Below are positions 27,004-37,746 of a stretch of 56,760 bases of DNA, piece by piece. Position 1 is the stretch's first letter. Each line of letters begins with the position of its first letter. The position numbers and the translations under genes were made by a program. The notes beneath the pieces are model-generated. The model worked only from the letters and a program-made list of their open reading frames with translations, was not told where the DNA came from and ran no database searches. The stretch spans positions 1-56,760 of the forward strand of contig JAGVYN010000014.1 in assembly GCA_018303265.1 (NCBI GenBank). The letters are read 5' to 3'. This DNA is from Candidatus Woesearchaeota archaeon (GTDB lineage Archaea > Nanobdellota > Nanobdellia > Woesearchaeales > GW2011-AR9).

Positions 27004-29481
27004 ATGGACTTAACTTGTTATCCCTATGATTTTGAGTATAAGATAAAGCAGGGAAAAGTCTGCATGTATCTTTATAGTATTCTCGAGGATGGAACAAAAG
27101 TGTGCCTCATCCATGAACACCAGCCCTATTTCTTTGCGTCTGTAAGAAAAGACCAGACGGATCTGCTCACAAAAATAAACTTGCTCAGGATCCCAACGAG
27201 GGATGAGCCCGCAACAGTACTGGCAACTGAATTCGTGGAGAAAGAATTTCTGGGAAAGAAAAAGACGTTTCTGAAAATTATCGTAAATTATCCGAAGGCC
27301 GTTCCCTTTCTGGCCAAGGAGTTAGAATCTTTGGGTCTTGACTGTTATGAAAAAGATATCTTGTTTGTTCATCGTTACCTGCGTGACGCTAATATCACAC
27401 CCATGGCCCTTGTCCAGACAAGCGGGGAATTCGTTCCCGACAAAACAATGCGTGTTCCTGTGTTTAAAGTGGAAAAGATCGTCCAGGCAACACAGCAGAC
27501 ATCCCAAAAATGGAAGATTCTGGCTGTCGACATTGAAACGTATGCGGAACGGAAAGAAATAGACCCGGAAAAAAATCCTATCTTAATGATTGCTGTATAT
27601 GGACTGCAGCATGACGGTTCTGAATTTAAGAAAGTTCTGACCTGGAAAAAGTTTCCTCACGATTTTGATTATGTAGAATCTGTTGCCGATGAACGAGAGA
27701 TGCTGCAGCGCTTCCGCGACATTGTTGTAGAGTTCCAGCCGGAAATAATCACGGGATATTTTTCGGACGGATTTGATTTTCCGTATATTAAAACTCGGGC
27801 CGAACGATATAGATTAAAATTGGATCTCGGACTGGATCATTCCGAGCTGCAAATCCGAGCTGGGACAGGATTTCGCAGCAGTGAAGCGAAAATCAACGGC
27901 CTGCTTCATCTTGATATGTTAAAATTTATTAAACATATCTTTGGCATGAATTTAAAGACGGACAGCTACTCGCTGAACGCTGTTTCGGCGGAACTTCTGG
28001 GCCATAGGAAACATGATGTTAACTTAGACAACTTGGCGCGTATTTGGGATAACCAGCCGGAGAAGCTGCCTGAATTTTGCGCTTATAATTTACATGATGC
28101 GCATTTGACATTTAAACTGTGTGCGAAGCTTCTTCCTGATATCATTGAATTTACCAAGATTGTCGGCGTGCCTTCCTATGATCTCATCCGCATGCGGTTT
28201 AGCAGGCTGGTTGAAAATTATATCTTGAAACGGGCGATGGAATTCAATGTTCTTGCCCCAAATAAACCTGTTGGCAGCGAGATGGAACAACGCATGGAAG
28301 AACATATTCAGGGAGCTTTTGTGTACGAACCAACACCGGGATTGTATAAAGATGTGGTCGTGTTTGATTTCCGTTCACTGTATCCGACGATTATCTCGGC
28401 GCATAACATCGGTCCGGAGGCGCTTTGCTGCAGCTGCTGCCAGGAAAAAGCGCACGTGCCGGAACGGGAAGATTCTTGGTTTTGCGCTGAGAAAAAATTT
28501 ATTCCGTCCGTCCTCGAACAATTAATTTTACGGCGTGTTGATCTGAAACGCTTAATTAAAGAACAAAGAAATAAAAAAGACAAAAAAGACCAAGAAGAAG
28601 CAACGATGCTGGAAGCCCGCTCCTATGCGTTAAAGATTCTGGCCAATTCTTTTTATGGGTATTTGGGTTTTTTTGGTGCGCGATGGTATTGTCTGGAATG
28701 TGCTGCCTCTACTACTGCCTATGCTCGCAGCTATATCAAAAAGACGATCACCGCCGCTGAAGAAACAGGATTTAGAGTAGTATATTCTGATACTGATTCG
28801 TGTTTCATGCTGCTGGGAGACAAACAGTTAGATGAGGCGATGGCATTCATGAATGAAATTAATTCTTCTTTACCTGGTCATATGGAGCTGGAATTTGAAG
28901 GTTATTTTCCTAGAGGTATTTTCGTGGCGATTAAAGGAAGTGAAAAAGGAGCTAAAAAAAAATATGCTCTTATACGTAAGGATGGCAGCATGAAGATTAC
29001 CGGTTTTGAAACGGTCCGGCGCAATTCGTCGCTCCTGGCCAAAGAAGCGCAGGAGAACGTCCTGCGTTTGGTATTGCAAGATAATAAAGAAGCGGCTCTG
29101 GTCTACATCCGCCAGGCAATAACGAGTCTTAAGGAAGGGAAAGTACCTTTGCCGCAATTAATTATTAAAACACAGATTACTCGGGAATTGCATCGCTATA
29201 CCTCAATCGGGCCGCATGTTCTGGTTGCTCAGAAATTAGCAGAACGGGGAGAAACAGTCAATCCCGGCACTACTGTGGAATATATCATTGCCAAAGGCAG
29301 CGGGTTGGTGAGAGAACGGGCGAAATTGGCGGCCGAGCTTCGTGAAGGGGACTATGATGCTGAATACTATCTTCACCACCAGTTGCTGCCTGCCGTGTCC
29401 AGCATCTTTGCCGTTCTTGGATATTCTGAAGAAGGAATATTAAGGAAAGGAAAACAAGTTGGGCTGGGAGAGTTTATGTAG
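27004..29481 (+). CDS. polB: Family B DNA polymerase
   Basis: Exo I VDIET, Exo II/III region, SLYPTIISAHNIGPE (region II), KILANSFYGYLGF (region III), YSDTDS (region I). No intein. Confidence 0.9.
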   Translation: MDLTCYPYDFEYKIKQGKVCMYLYSILEDGTKVCLIHEHQPYFFASVRKDQTDLLTKINLLRIPTRDEPATVLATEFVEKEFLGKKKTFLKIIVNYPKAVPFLAKELESLGLDCYEKDILFVHRYLRDANITPMALVQTSGEFVPDKTMRVPVFKVEKIVQATQQTSQKWKILAVDIETYAERKEIDPEKNPILMIAVYGLQHDGSEFKKVLTWKKFPHDFDYVESVADEREMLQRFRDIVVEFQPEIITGYFSDGFDFPYIKTRAERYRLKLDLGLDHSELQIRAGTGFRSSEAKINGLLHLDMLKFIKHIFGMNLKTDSYSLNAVSAELLGHRKHDVNLDNLARIWDNQPEKLPEFCAYNLHDAHLTFKLCAKLLPDIIEFTKIVGVPSYDLIRMRFSRLVENYILKRAMEFNVLAPNKPVGSEMEQRMEEHIQGAFVYEPTPGLYKDVVVFDFRSLYPTIISAHNIGPEALCCSCCQEKAHVPEREDSWFCAEKKFIPSVLEQLILRRVDLKRLIKEQRNKKDKKDQEEATMLEARSYALKILANSFYGYLGFFGARWYCLECAASTTAYARSYIKKTITAAEETGFRVVYSDTDSCFMLLGDKQLDEAMAFMNEINSSLPGHMELEFEGYFPRGIFVAIKGSEKGAKKKYALIRKDGSMKITGFETVRRNSSLLAKEAQENVLRLVLQDNKEAALVYIRQAITSLKEGKVPLPQLIIKTQITRELHRYTSIGPHVLVAQKLAERGETVNPGTTVEYIIAKGSGLVRERAKLAAELREGDYDAEYYLHHQLLPAVSSIFAVLGYSEEGILRKGKQVGLGEFM

Positions 29482-29521
29482 TTCTCAGTTGTGATTTTGA
29501 CTATTTATATCCCCGTATCAT

Positions 29522-30829
29522 TTAACCATATAACATCTTATGGGCATCTTCGTTATCTGGATTGATTTCAAGCGCTCTTTCTGCGTCTTTAATTGCATTA
29601 TTACTATCTCCAAAATAGTATCTGGAAATAGCTCTTCTTGTATAAGCAGTATCAGAATTTTGGTAATAGTATATTAAAGTGTCATAATTCTTTATAGCGT
29701 CTTCCCATCTTTCCAGATTTTCAAGAGCAATTCCCTTATACAAAAGTGCATCAAAATATTGTGGGTCAATAGAAAGAGCTTTATCAAAATTAACAATTGC
29801 CTCAGAATAATTTTCCAAACCAATTAATGAAATTCCTTTCAAATTCAATGGTTGTATTAAATTTGGATTAATTTTCAAAGCCATATCAAAATATTGTATC
29901 GCCTCTTCATATTTTTCAAGATTTAATAATGCAAATCCTTTGTTATTAAGAGTAATTGAATGATTGGGTCTTAATTTCAAAGATTCATCAATATAAATTA
30001 AGGCCTCACTCGACCTTCCTAAATATGTTAAGACTCTCCCTTTATTATCAAGGATGCCGGCTTTTGCTAATATATTACAATTGTTCAAGCAATTTTCTAT
30101 TGCGGCATTAAAGTATTTTAAAGCTTGTTCGTATTGACCTTCTGATTCAAGAATATTTCCTTTTTCAGTCAATGCTAGATATTGATTAGGATCAATTTCT
30201 AAGGCTTTATTGCAATGTATCATTGCATCATTTGTTTTTTGCAGACGATTTAAAGCTGAACATTTATTAGCCAATAAGATAGGGCTATTGGGTTCAATCA
30301 ATAATGCTTCATCATAACAACTCATAGCTTCATCATATCTTTCTAGGTTTCTCAAAGCTACACATTTTCCATTAAGGGCAGGTCCAAATGATGGATCAAT
30401 AGTTAAAGCTTTTTCAGATTGAATCAATGATTCTTCATATTTTCCAAGATTTAATAATGCTAATCCTTTGTTATTAATTATTGCTGTATCAGAAGGTTTT
30501 ATAAAAAGTGCTTTATCAAATTTTTCTATTGCTTCTTCATACCTACTTGAGTTTAGCAGAAAATATCCTTCGTTATTTAGATTGCTGGCAAAAAGTGCAG
30601 GCAAATATAACACACTAATGATTATAATAGGTAATAACGAAACAAGTATTTTTTTTGAAGTGCTTAATTTTGTTTTTTTCCATAAATGCCAATAACCATA
30701 AAGAACAGTAATCAAAATGGTTACACCTAAAATCCCAAAAAGGCGAATGGCAAATCCTGCTATTATAAAAAGAATAATCATCAATAATTTGTTCTTTTTT
30801 TCTTTATTTTTTGATTTTTCTTTTTTCAT
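29522..30829 (-). CDS. Membrane-anchored TPR-repeat protein
   Basis: N-terminal K-rich segment plus 3 TM helices, then about 10 consecutive 34-aa TPR units (YEEA...F.KAL.I.P). The gene looks AT-rich. Confidence 0.75.
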   Translation of the reverse strand: MKKEKSKNKEKKNKLLMIILFIIAGFAIRLFGILGVTILITVLYGYWHLWKKTKLSTSKKILVSLLPIIIISVLYLPALFASNLNNEGYFLLNSSRYEEAIEKFDKALFIKPSDTAIINNKGLALLNLGKYEESLIQSEKALTIDPSFGPALNGKCVALRNLERYDEAMSCYDEALLIEPNSPILLANKCSALNRLQKTNDAMIHCNKALEIDPNQYLALTEKGNILESEGQYEQALKYFNAAIENCLNNCNILAKAGILDNKGRVLTYLGRSSEALIYIDESLKLRPNHSITLNNKGFALLNLEKYEEAIQYFDMALKINPNLIQPLNLKGISLIGLENYSEAIVNFDKALSIDPQYFDALLYKGIALENLERWEDAIKNYDTLIYYYQNSDTAYTRRAISRYYFGDSNNAIKDAERALEINPDNEDAHKMLYG

Positions 30830-30871
30830 GTTAATCTAAACTTTCTGTTGGTCAGTTCTACAATCCACAAT

Positions 30872-31786
30872 TTATTTACCTTCTTTCTTTTTCTTTCCTA
30901 TTTGTAAAATATTATGTTTTGATAATTCTACAAGATTATCTTTAACATTTTTTTGAGTAACTATGTTTTCTCCTAACTGCGTTTCAATGTCTTTTCTGGT
31001 ATTGCCGGCTACTGTTCCACCTTTGACGGCTATTTGTTTACTGTCTTGGAAAGTCTTAGGTTTTTCTTTCTTTGAAATTTCAGTGGTGGTGGCTTCTGCC
31101 AGCATATTAAGAACAAGTTCCAAGTTAGTCATATTATCTCTCAGATTTTCTTTTTTGAGGTTCTTTAGCTGCTTATATTCAGACACTGTCTTTCCGGACC
31201 ATGCTTTGATAATTTCATTCGTGAGTATGGCAAAATCAGATTCTCTATCTATTCCCGCTCTGTTCCATTCATCCGTCAATTCTTTTCTGATTTCAATTGT
31301 CTTTAAACGCTGATTTATCCACTCTTTGGAATATCCTTTTTGCAGATAGGTTTTCATAGCCCTGTCAAATGCTAGTTCTGGATCTTGTGTTTCATTTATT
31401 CTCTCGTTACCAACCATTGCCAGCCATACTTTGAACGGCTCGGCTTTCTTAGAGGGAATGGATTGGACTAGCCTCAAAATTTGCTCGGTATGGCCCACGT
31501 CAGTTAACCGCATTTTACCATCAGGAGCGATTAATTTCAACTGGTTACAATTTGTAACCGTTTCATTTCCTTCTTCTTTTAAGCGGAATTTCAGCACTTT
31601 CCAATAATTTCTTGCATTTTGAAAGTCACTATCAGTTAGAACTGCTATTACATCAACTATAGATAAGTACCATTTTTCTTCTGCTGGATTCCACTCTACC
31701 CTTACTTTTTTGTTTTCAAATAATTTTATGGAATGGTTTTGGTTCATGTTAACCTCATTATTTGAGTTTGGTTCTGTGTTGAGCAT
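30872..31786 (-). CDS. Bro-N domain protein (DinD-like)
   Basis: FENKKVRVEWNPAEEKWYLSIVDVIAVLTDS...NARNYWKVLKFRLKEEG...IQSIPSKKAEPFKVWLAMVG matches the Bro-N/DinD pattern. The gene looks AT-rich. Confidence 0.6.
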   Translation of the reverse strand: MLNTEPNSNNEVNMNQNHSIKLFENKKVRVEWNPAEEKWYLSIVDVIAVLTDSDFQNARNYWKVLKFRLKEEGNETVTNCNQLKLIAPDGKMRLTDVGHTEQILRLVQSIPSKKAEPFKVWLAMVGNERINETQDPELAFDRAMKTYLQKGYSKEWINQRLKTIEIRKELTDEWNRAGIDRESDFAILTNEIIKAWSGKTVSEYKQLKNLKKENLRDNMTNLELVLNMLAEATTTEISKKEKPKTFQDSKQIAVKGGTVAGNTRKDIETQLGENIVTQKNVKDNLVELSKHNILQIGKKKKEGK

Positions 31787-32028
31787 TTACAAACGAAAAA
31801 TACCCTTTTGATTATATAAATATAGTGGAGGACAAAAAGGAGTGATAATTCGTCCTCTGTTATACTACGATTCAAACTTCTAAGCCCCCATGCCTTTTCG
31901 AGATGAAAAACTCTGCGCTCTCACTCTATTTTTAGTGACTATTTTCCATAATCCATCTAATTGAAAAGAATTCTTAGGAAAATATAATTTTGAGATAATT
32001 TTATATAATCTAAGAACACACTTATATC

Positions 32029-32853
32029 ATGAACGTTGGCGGACAGGCAGTTATTGAAGGCGTGATGATGCGTAATAAAGATAAATATGCCGTAGCGGTG
32101 CGCCTGAAGAATGGCAAGATTAAAGTTTTGAAGCAGAAGAGCAGTTATTTTCCGAAAATGTTTAATATTTTTTTTATCCGCGGGGTTGTCGGTTTAGGTT
32201 ACACTCTGTATGATGGTGTGCGGGCGTTAATATGGAGCGGCAACCAGAATCTAGGAAAAGAAGAAAAAATGACCAAGAAAGAAGTTATTGGGACAATTGC
32301 CCTGTCCTTTTTGTTCTCTATTTTTTTCTTTATCATCCTGCCGTTTTTCTCCGCCAGGTTTATTCATTCGGAAGGCATATTATTCAACGTGCTTGACGGT
32401 GCCTTTCGCGTAACGCTCTTTCTCGGGTATTTATTGATAATATCGTTTATGAAAGATGTACGTACGTTATTTCAGTACCATGGGGCAGAACATAAAACGA
32501 TTTACTGTTATGAAGCAAAGAAAAAATTAACGCTGGAAAATGTAAAAAAATTTGCTCGTTTCCATCCCCGATGCGGCACGTCATTTCTCTTTATCGTGCT
32601 TTTGCTCTCTATTCTTGTGTTCACGCTCATTCCCGGCGCGTGGTGGATGAAATTACTGGGAAGAATCTTGCTTATCCCGGTGATTGCCGGTGTCGGCTAT
32701 GAAATCATCAAGTTAAGCGCCCGTTTTCAAAAGAACCCTCTGGTGAAGATTGTAATTGCGCCTGGATTATGGCTGCAGCGCATCACCACGAAAGAACCGA
32801 CAGATAGACAATTAGAAGTAGGCATTAAAGCGTTGAAATCCGTAATTGAATGA
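32029..32853 (+). CDS. DUF1385 family membrane protein
   Basis: VGGQAVIEGVMMR start motif, YHGAEHK, HPRCGTSF. Confidence 0.75.
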   Translation: MNVGGQAVIEGVMMRNKDKYAVAVRLKNGKIKVLKQKSSYFPKMFNIFFIRGVVGLGYTLYDGVRALIWSGNQNLGKEEKMTKKEVIGTIALSFLFSIFFFIILPFFSARFIHSEGILFNVLDGAFRVTLFLGYLLIISFMKDVRTLFQYHGAEHKTIYCYEAKKKLTLENVKKFARFHPRCGTSFLFIVLLLSILVFTLIPGAWWMKLLGRILLIPVIAGVGYEIIKLSARFQKNPLVKIVIAPGLWLQRITTKEPTDRQLEVGIKALKSVIE

Positions 32854-32879
32854 GAGCGTTGCGTTAAATGGTTGGTTAT

Positions 32880-35288
32880 TCACTGCAGCACACGGCTGAC
32901 GTGTCCTTCTTTTACAATGCGGATGATGTTATTCATGAAACTTTCAATCTTCGATTCATGGGAGACAATAATCGTTTGCTGCAGGTTGAGGCGTTCTAAA
33001 ACATCCCTCACTTTGTCCAGCTGCTCTGAACTGAACCCGTCCGTCGGCTCGTCTAAAATAAGAAGATCTTTCGTTTTAATTCTGTGAATGACATCATTGA
33101 TTACCCTGTTCAGTGCCAGCCTGTAGGCCAAGGAAGCTGATGTTTTCTCGCCCCCGCTTAAGTTCAGAAAGCCGACTTCATAGCCGTTTTGTTCAATAAC
33201 GGGGCTGAAGGATTCATCGATGCGCGCATTTAATGTTTCATCTTCAATCAGAAGGGCAAACCATTCCTGAAACAGCTGATTGAACAAATGATAAATATGA
33301 AGCATCACTTGTCTTTCAATAGTATATGTAATCTTGAGAAAATGTTCTTCCAGCCAGTGATACAACTCCCGCTGCTGAACCAGCATCTTTTTCTGTTCCC
33401 ATAAAGAGTGGATTATCTTTTCAATCTGGATTTTTTGCTGCGTGGCATTTTCTATCCTGGTGATGACTTGCGCGTGCTCTACGGCAACGTTTTTCTCTTG
33501 ATCTAAAAGTTCCGTGATTTTCCTTCGTTGGGTTTTAATCCTCTCTGTTACATCCTGTTTTTCTTTCAAAAGAATTTCCAGCGCAGAGATTTCATCCTGC
33601 AGCTTGGCGATCTCTTGGAGGAGATTTTTTTGCTGTCCTGAAATTTCCTGGAGATGCTGTTCTACGTACTCTCTTTTGGTTAATTTCTGTAACCATTCCT
33701 GGTTCTTTTTGAGATCCTCCTGCAGCTGCGTTGTTTCCTGTTGTTGCTGGAATGATGCTACATCCTGCATGAGCTGGTTATTTTCCTGCACTAAGAGTGT
33801 AAGCTGTTCTTTTTTTTGCTCCCATTGTTCTTTTTTTTCGTGAAGCTGCGCTAGTTCAGCAGTACATTTTGCAAGATTTTTTTCAAGAGTAATTAATCTC
33901 TCTATCTTCTCTGTCACATCTTTCTTCTGAAATGTAATTTCATTTTTCTTCTTGTTTAATTCATGGAGGCTGCTTTCCGCTTGCGTCATTTTCTGTTTTT
34001 CCTGAGAAAAAACAGTCTCTTTATGGTTTTGGTCTACATTCTGCAGGCACAGCGGACACATATCAAGGGAAGCTATTTTGCGGCACGTTTCTCGTGATTG
34101 ATGGAGAATTAATTCATTCTTATTAAAAGAGAAACTGGTCTGTTCCAAAAGCATTTCCAGCTGTTCTTTTCTGTCGAGCATCTCTTTTTTTTGAGTAATT
34201 TCCTGCATCCATTCCTGCTGCTGCCGTTTTTTCTCAGGCAGCGTCGCCATTGCTGAATGTAGTTGTTCCAATTCGGTCTGTCTTTCTTTAATCCTTAATT
34301 GGACTATTTTTACTCGTTCTTGAAGTATGGTCTTCTTCTGGGCAATTTCATGGAGTTGTTTTTCGATTTGCTGAACAATGGATGTGATCTCCTTCTTGGT
34401 CATAGTGAGTGCAATTTCTTGTGATATTTCTCTTTCCATCTCCTGCACTTTTTGTTCCAGGCGCCCTGCTGCTGTCCTTTTTTCAATAAGAAGCGTATTC
34501 ACAGAACGCAGATCCTGCTGTAGTTTGATAAAGTGCAGCTGCTCGTTTTCCAAAGATTCCAGTGCCTTTTTTTCTTCTCCTATCATTATTTGCAGGGAAG
34601 AAAGCCGTGGTTGTATCTCCTCCAGAGATTTCTGCAGGATTTCCAGATCTTGTTTGATTCTCTCGAAGTGCATGGTCTGCTCTTCCAGCGGTTCGATTCT
34701 GGTGTTGAGAATCGCAAGCTGGGTGCGCATCTCTTTAAGATACAGCTGCATGTTTTCCCGGATGCACTTATACTTGTCAATGTTAAACACCTTGCGCAGA
34801 ACGTCTAACCTGGTTTCCGCATCTTCAAGAAGAATCGCTTTCATCTCTTCCTGTGGTGTGTACACCGTAAAGCGGAAGATGTAATTCTTGTTCTTGGTAA
34901 TGAACTCTTCCGGGTATCCGAGAAGGGCTATGATCTCTGCTTTTAACTCTATAGGCATCACTTCTTTTTTCAGCTTATTGATGATGATGTTTCCCGGCAT
35001 TTGCTTGATGGCATCTTTTTCTTTCTTTAAATTGCGCTGGATGATGATTTCTTGATCTCCCAGTTGGAAGGTTAATTCTACAGCACCGCTTGTTGCCCCC
35101 TTGCGGAGAAGCATTTCTGCCGGCAGGTCCGGCCTTGATGTTCCAAACAGGGCAAATTCGATGGCCAGAAGAATGGAAGATTTCCCCGATCCAATATCGC
35201 CAGCAAGGAGAATTGAGCCTTCAGGGAAGGTGATTGTTTCCTCTTTGTAAGAGCGGATATTCTTCAATGTTAATTGGCGAAGAAGCAT
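32880..35288 (-). CDS. rad50: Rad50 / SbcC-type SMC-like ATPase
   Basis: Walker A GDIGSGKSS, long coiled coils, central zinc hook MCPLC, signature LSGGE, Walker B LLILDEPT, H-loop IIVSHE. Confidence 0.85.
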   Translation of the reverse strand: MLLRQLTLKNIRSYKEETITFPEGSILLAGDIGSGKSSILLAIEFALFGTSRPDLPAEMLLRKGATSGAVELTFQLGDQEIIIQRNLKKEKDAIKQMPGNIIINKLKKEVMPIELKAEIIALLGYPEEFITKNKNYIFRFTVYTPQEEMKAILLEDAETRLDVLRKVFNIDKYKCIRENMQLYLKEMRTQLAILNTRIEPLEEQTMHFERIKQDLEILQKSLEEIQPRLSSLQIMIGEEKKALESLENEQLHFIKLQQDLRSVNTLLIEKRTAAGRLEQKVQEMEREISQEIALTMTKKEITSIVQQIEKQLHEIAQKKTILQERVKIVQLRIKERQTELEQLHSAMATLPEKKRQQQEWMQEITQKKEMLDRKEQLEMLLEQTSFSFNKNELILHQSRETCRKIASLDMCPLCLQNVDQNHKETVFSQEKQKMTQAESSLHELNKKKNEITFQKKDVTEKIERLITLEKNLAKCTAELAQLHEKKEQWEQKKEQLTLLVQENNQLMQDVASFQQQQETTQLQEDLKKNQEWLQKLTKREYVEQHLQEISGQQKNLLQEIAKLQDEISALEILLKEKQDVTERIKTQRRKITELLDQEKNVAVEHAQVITRIENATQQKIQIEKIIHSLWEQKKMLVQQRELYHWLEEHFLKITYTIERQVMLHIYHLFNQLFQEWFALLIEDETLNARIDESFSPVIEQNGYEVGFLNLSGGEKTSASLAYRLALNRVINDVIHRIKTKDLLILDEPTDGFSSEQLDKVRDVLERLNLQQTIIVSHESKIESFMNNIIRIVKEGHVSRVLQ

Positions 35289-35342
35289 GGAAAAAAAAGG
35301 GCAATTTTGTTTATATAAATTATGGTGCTTAAACGTTTATGA

Positions 35343-35945
35343 TCAATCATAAAATTGGAAATGCTTCCTACATCGTGGTGCATAATCTTTCTTCCCGCCT
35401 ACTTTTACAGTAGGAGAATCTGCAGGGGCAACTTTTCCATCAATAACGCGCTGTACTCGTGTTGCTTCATTTCCGCAAATCGCTAATCCCTCCTGATAGG
35501 TGCAAATTGCTTTAAGATAGGTGACGTGGTCAGCAATACGCAGCAATGCTGACATATCTTTTAACTTATCTTTGAAAATGAAATACTTGTCTTGAAAATC
35601 TTTCAATAATCCGGATGCAACGACAATTTTTCCATCCTGGGCATACGTATCGCAAAAGTTGACAACATCACTTTCCATGAACTGGACTTCATCAATGCCC
35701 AAAACTTCCGTCGTTGGACGAACTCTTTTTTCCATTTCAGCTAATCCCTGAATAAATTCTACCTCTTTTTGCAGTCCGTCATGTGATGTGACGTGTTCTT
35801 GACTATATCTTTTATCCATTGCTGGTTTGAATAATTGTATTTCATATCCGGCAATTTCATAGCGGTTTACTCTGCGGATAAGTTCGGTGCTTTTGCCACT
35901 GAACATTGTTCCAATAATCAGTTCCAAATGAGGATTGGTGTTCAT
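35343..35945 (-). CDS. tdk: Thymidine kinase (TK1 type)
   Basis: GTMFSGKSTELIRR P-loop, IGIDEVQF. The C-terminal zinc-ribbon cysteines (CTYQEGLAICGNEA, PRCRKH) are present. Confidence 0.85.
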   Translation of the reverse strand: MNTNPHLELIIGTMFSGKSTELIRRVNRYEIAGYEIQLFKPAMDKRYSQEHVTSHDGLQKEVEFIQGLAEMEKRVRPTTEVLGIDEVQFMESDVVNFCDTYAQDGKIVVASGLLKDFQDKYFIFKDKLKDMSALLRIADHVTYLKAICTYQEGLAICGNEATRVQRVIDGKVAPADSPTVKVGGKKDYAPRCRKHFQFYD

Positions 35946-36058
35946 AAGCGTGACGGAAAAGTATACGATTTAAATAAAAGATTATACTCTAGTCTCTATT
36001 TTCACAATCCAAATGTTTAAATAATCAAAAATTATTCTAAAATAAGAGGTGATTTTCG

Positions 36059-36466
36059 ATGGTTAATGGAGTAGATTTAGCTTTACCGGGTGTAGGCTTT
36101 CTTCTTGGTTTAGGCATGGTCATGCTGTTTGCCCTTTTGGCAGTTTATATTTACACGGCGATCGTCTTGATGACGATTGCCAAGAGAACAAAAACACCAA
36201 ACGGCTGGTTGGCGTGGATTCCGATTGCAAACGTTTATCTGATGACACAAATTGCCGGTCTATCACCAGCGTGGACAGCAGCCCTTCTTCTAACATTCAT
36301 TCCGCGTGTTGGCGGACTAGCATTTGTGGGAATAAGTACTTGGTGGTGGTGGCGCATTGCTGAGAAGAGGAAATATCCGGGATGGTACGCACTTCTGTTG
36401 TTTATTCCCCTTGTTAACTTTGTTGTCATGGGAATCTTAGCGTGGGGAAAGAAGGGAAAGAAATAA
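36059..36466 (+). CDS. Small membrane protein (DUF5684-like)
   Basis: WLAWIPIANVYLMTQIAG and PGWYALLLFIPLVNFVVM repeat pattern. AGAGGTGAT SD. Confidence 0.5.
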   Translation: MVNGVDLALPGVGFLLGLGMVMLFALLAVYIYTAIVLMTIAKRTKTPNGWLAWIPIANVYLMTQIAGLSPAWTAALLLTFIPRVGGLAFVGISTWWWWRIAEKRKYPGWYALLLFIPLVNFVVMGILAWGKKGKK

Positions 36467-36490
36467 CTTCTTTATTTTCTTTTTTTTATC

Positions 36491-37674
36491 ATGACCAGCA
36501 TACAAGAAATTAAAGCGCGGGAAATTCTTGACAGTAGGGGAAATCCCACCATTGAAGCAACGGTCTTTACAGATAATGCTATTGGTATAGCAGCAGTTCC
36601 TTCCGGTGCAAGTACAGGTATCCATGAAGCATGGGAAGTACGCGACGGCGGAAAACGGTACGGGGGAAGAGGAGTGCAGAAAGCAGTCCAGAATGTGGAG
36701 AAAAAGATTGCGCCTCTTCTTCAAGGGATGGATGTTACCCGGCAGCGGGAGATCGATTCCTTAATGATTGAAAAGGATGGTACGAAACAAAAAGCACGGC
36801 TGGGCACCAATGCTTTTCTTGCTGTTTCTCTTGCCTGCACGCGGGCAGCGGCAGCAGAAGAGGGGAAAGAGTTGTACGAGTACATCAATCTCCTTGCGGC
36901 TGACATGCCGACAATCACTTATCTTTTCAGGAATTCATGATTGTGCCAAAATTTAATTCAATTGCTAGAAATGTGCAGGCGGCAAGTGAAGTGTATCACG
37001 TCCTGAAGAAACTCATCCATACTAAATATGGTGCAGGTTCCACCAATGTGGGTGATGAAGGGGGATTTGCTCCAAAAATAAAAAAGACGGAAGAAGCGCT
37101 TACTATTTTGGTACGAGCGATTACGGCTGCGGGATATAAAGGAAAATGCAATCTTGCTCTGGATTGCGCGGCATCGGAATTTTTTGTACGAAATAGGTAT
37201 CATGTAGACGGAAAAAAAATGACGAAGGAGCAACTGCTGGAGTATTATCTCAAACTCCTCAAAAAATATCCGATAATTTCCATTGAAGATCCTTTTGAGC
37301 AGGAAGATTTTGCAAGTTTTTCTTTGTTGCGGGAAAAGACAAGGATTCAGATTGTGGGGGATGATTTAACCGTAACGAATCCTGAGCGCATTCAAAAGGC
37401 AATTAACAAAAAAAGTTGCACGTGCCTTTTATTGAAAGTGAACCAGATTGGCACTTTGACGGAAGCTCTTGATGCGGCACGCTTGGCATCTGACAATGGC
37501 TGGAAGATCATGGTAAGCCATCGCAGCGGCGAAACCGAGGATACTTTTATTGCGGACTTGGCTGTGGGGTTAGGCTGCGGGATGATTAAGGCAGGCGCTC
37601 CCTGCAGGGGGGAACGAACGGCAAAATATAATCAGTTGTTGAGGATTGAGGAAAGGTTGAAAAGGAGTGGATGA
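36491..37674 (+). pseudogene. eno: Enolase, disrupted by an internal deletion plus frameshift
   Basis: Part 1 (36491-36940): [13 protein letters not shown]...SGASTG...[10 protein letters not shown], then out-of-frame junk. Part 2 is in the next frame, open from 36904: [15 protein letters not shown]...VGDEGGFAP...SIEDP...VGDDL...KVNQIGT...SHRSGETED...KYNQLLRIEE. The ~20 codons that normally carry LPVPxxNxINGG are missing. Confidence 0.75.
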
Positions 37675-37746
37675 AGCCAAAGATATCAACGCTGAAAACG
37701 ATAGTTTATTTAATTTGTTTCTTCTCTCTAGAAAAAACAAGATAAT

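Noticed and set aside
33514-34884. Plus-strand ORFs (91-168 aa, Ser/Cys/Phe-rich) opposite rad50
   Set aside because: They are the mirror image of the K/E/Q-rich coiled-coil codons, a typical antisense artefact.
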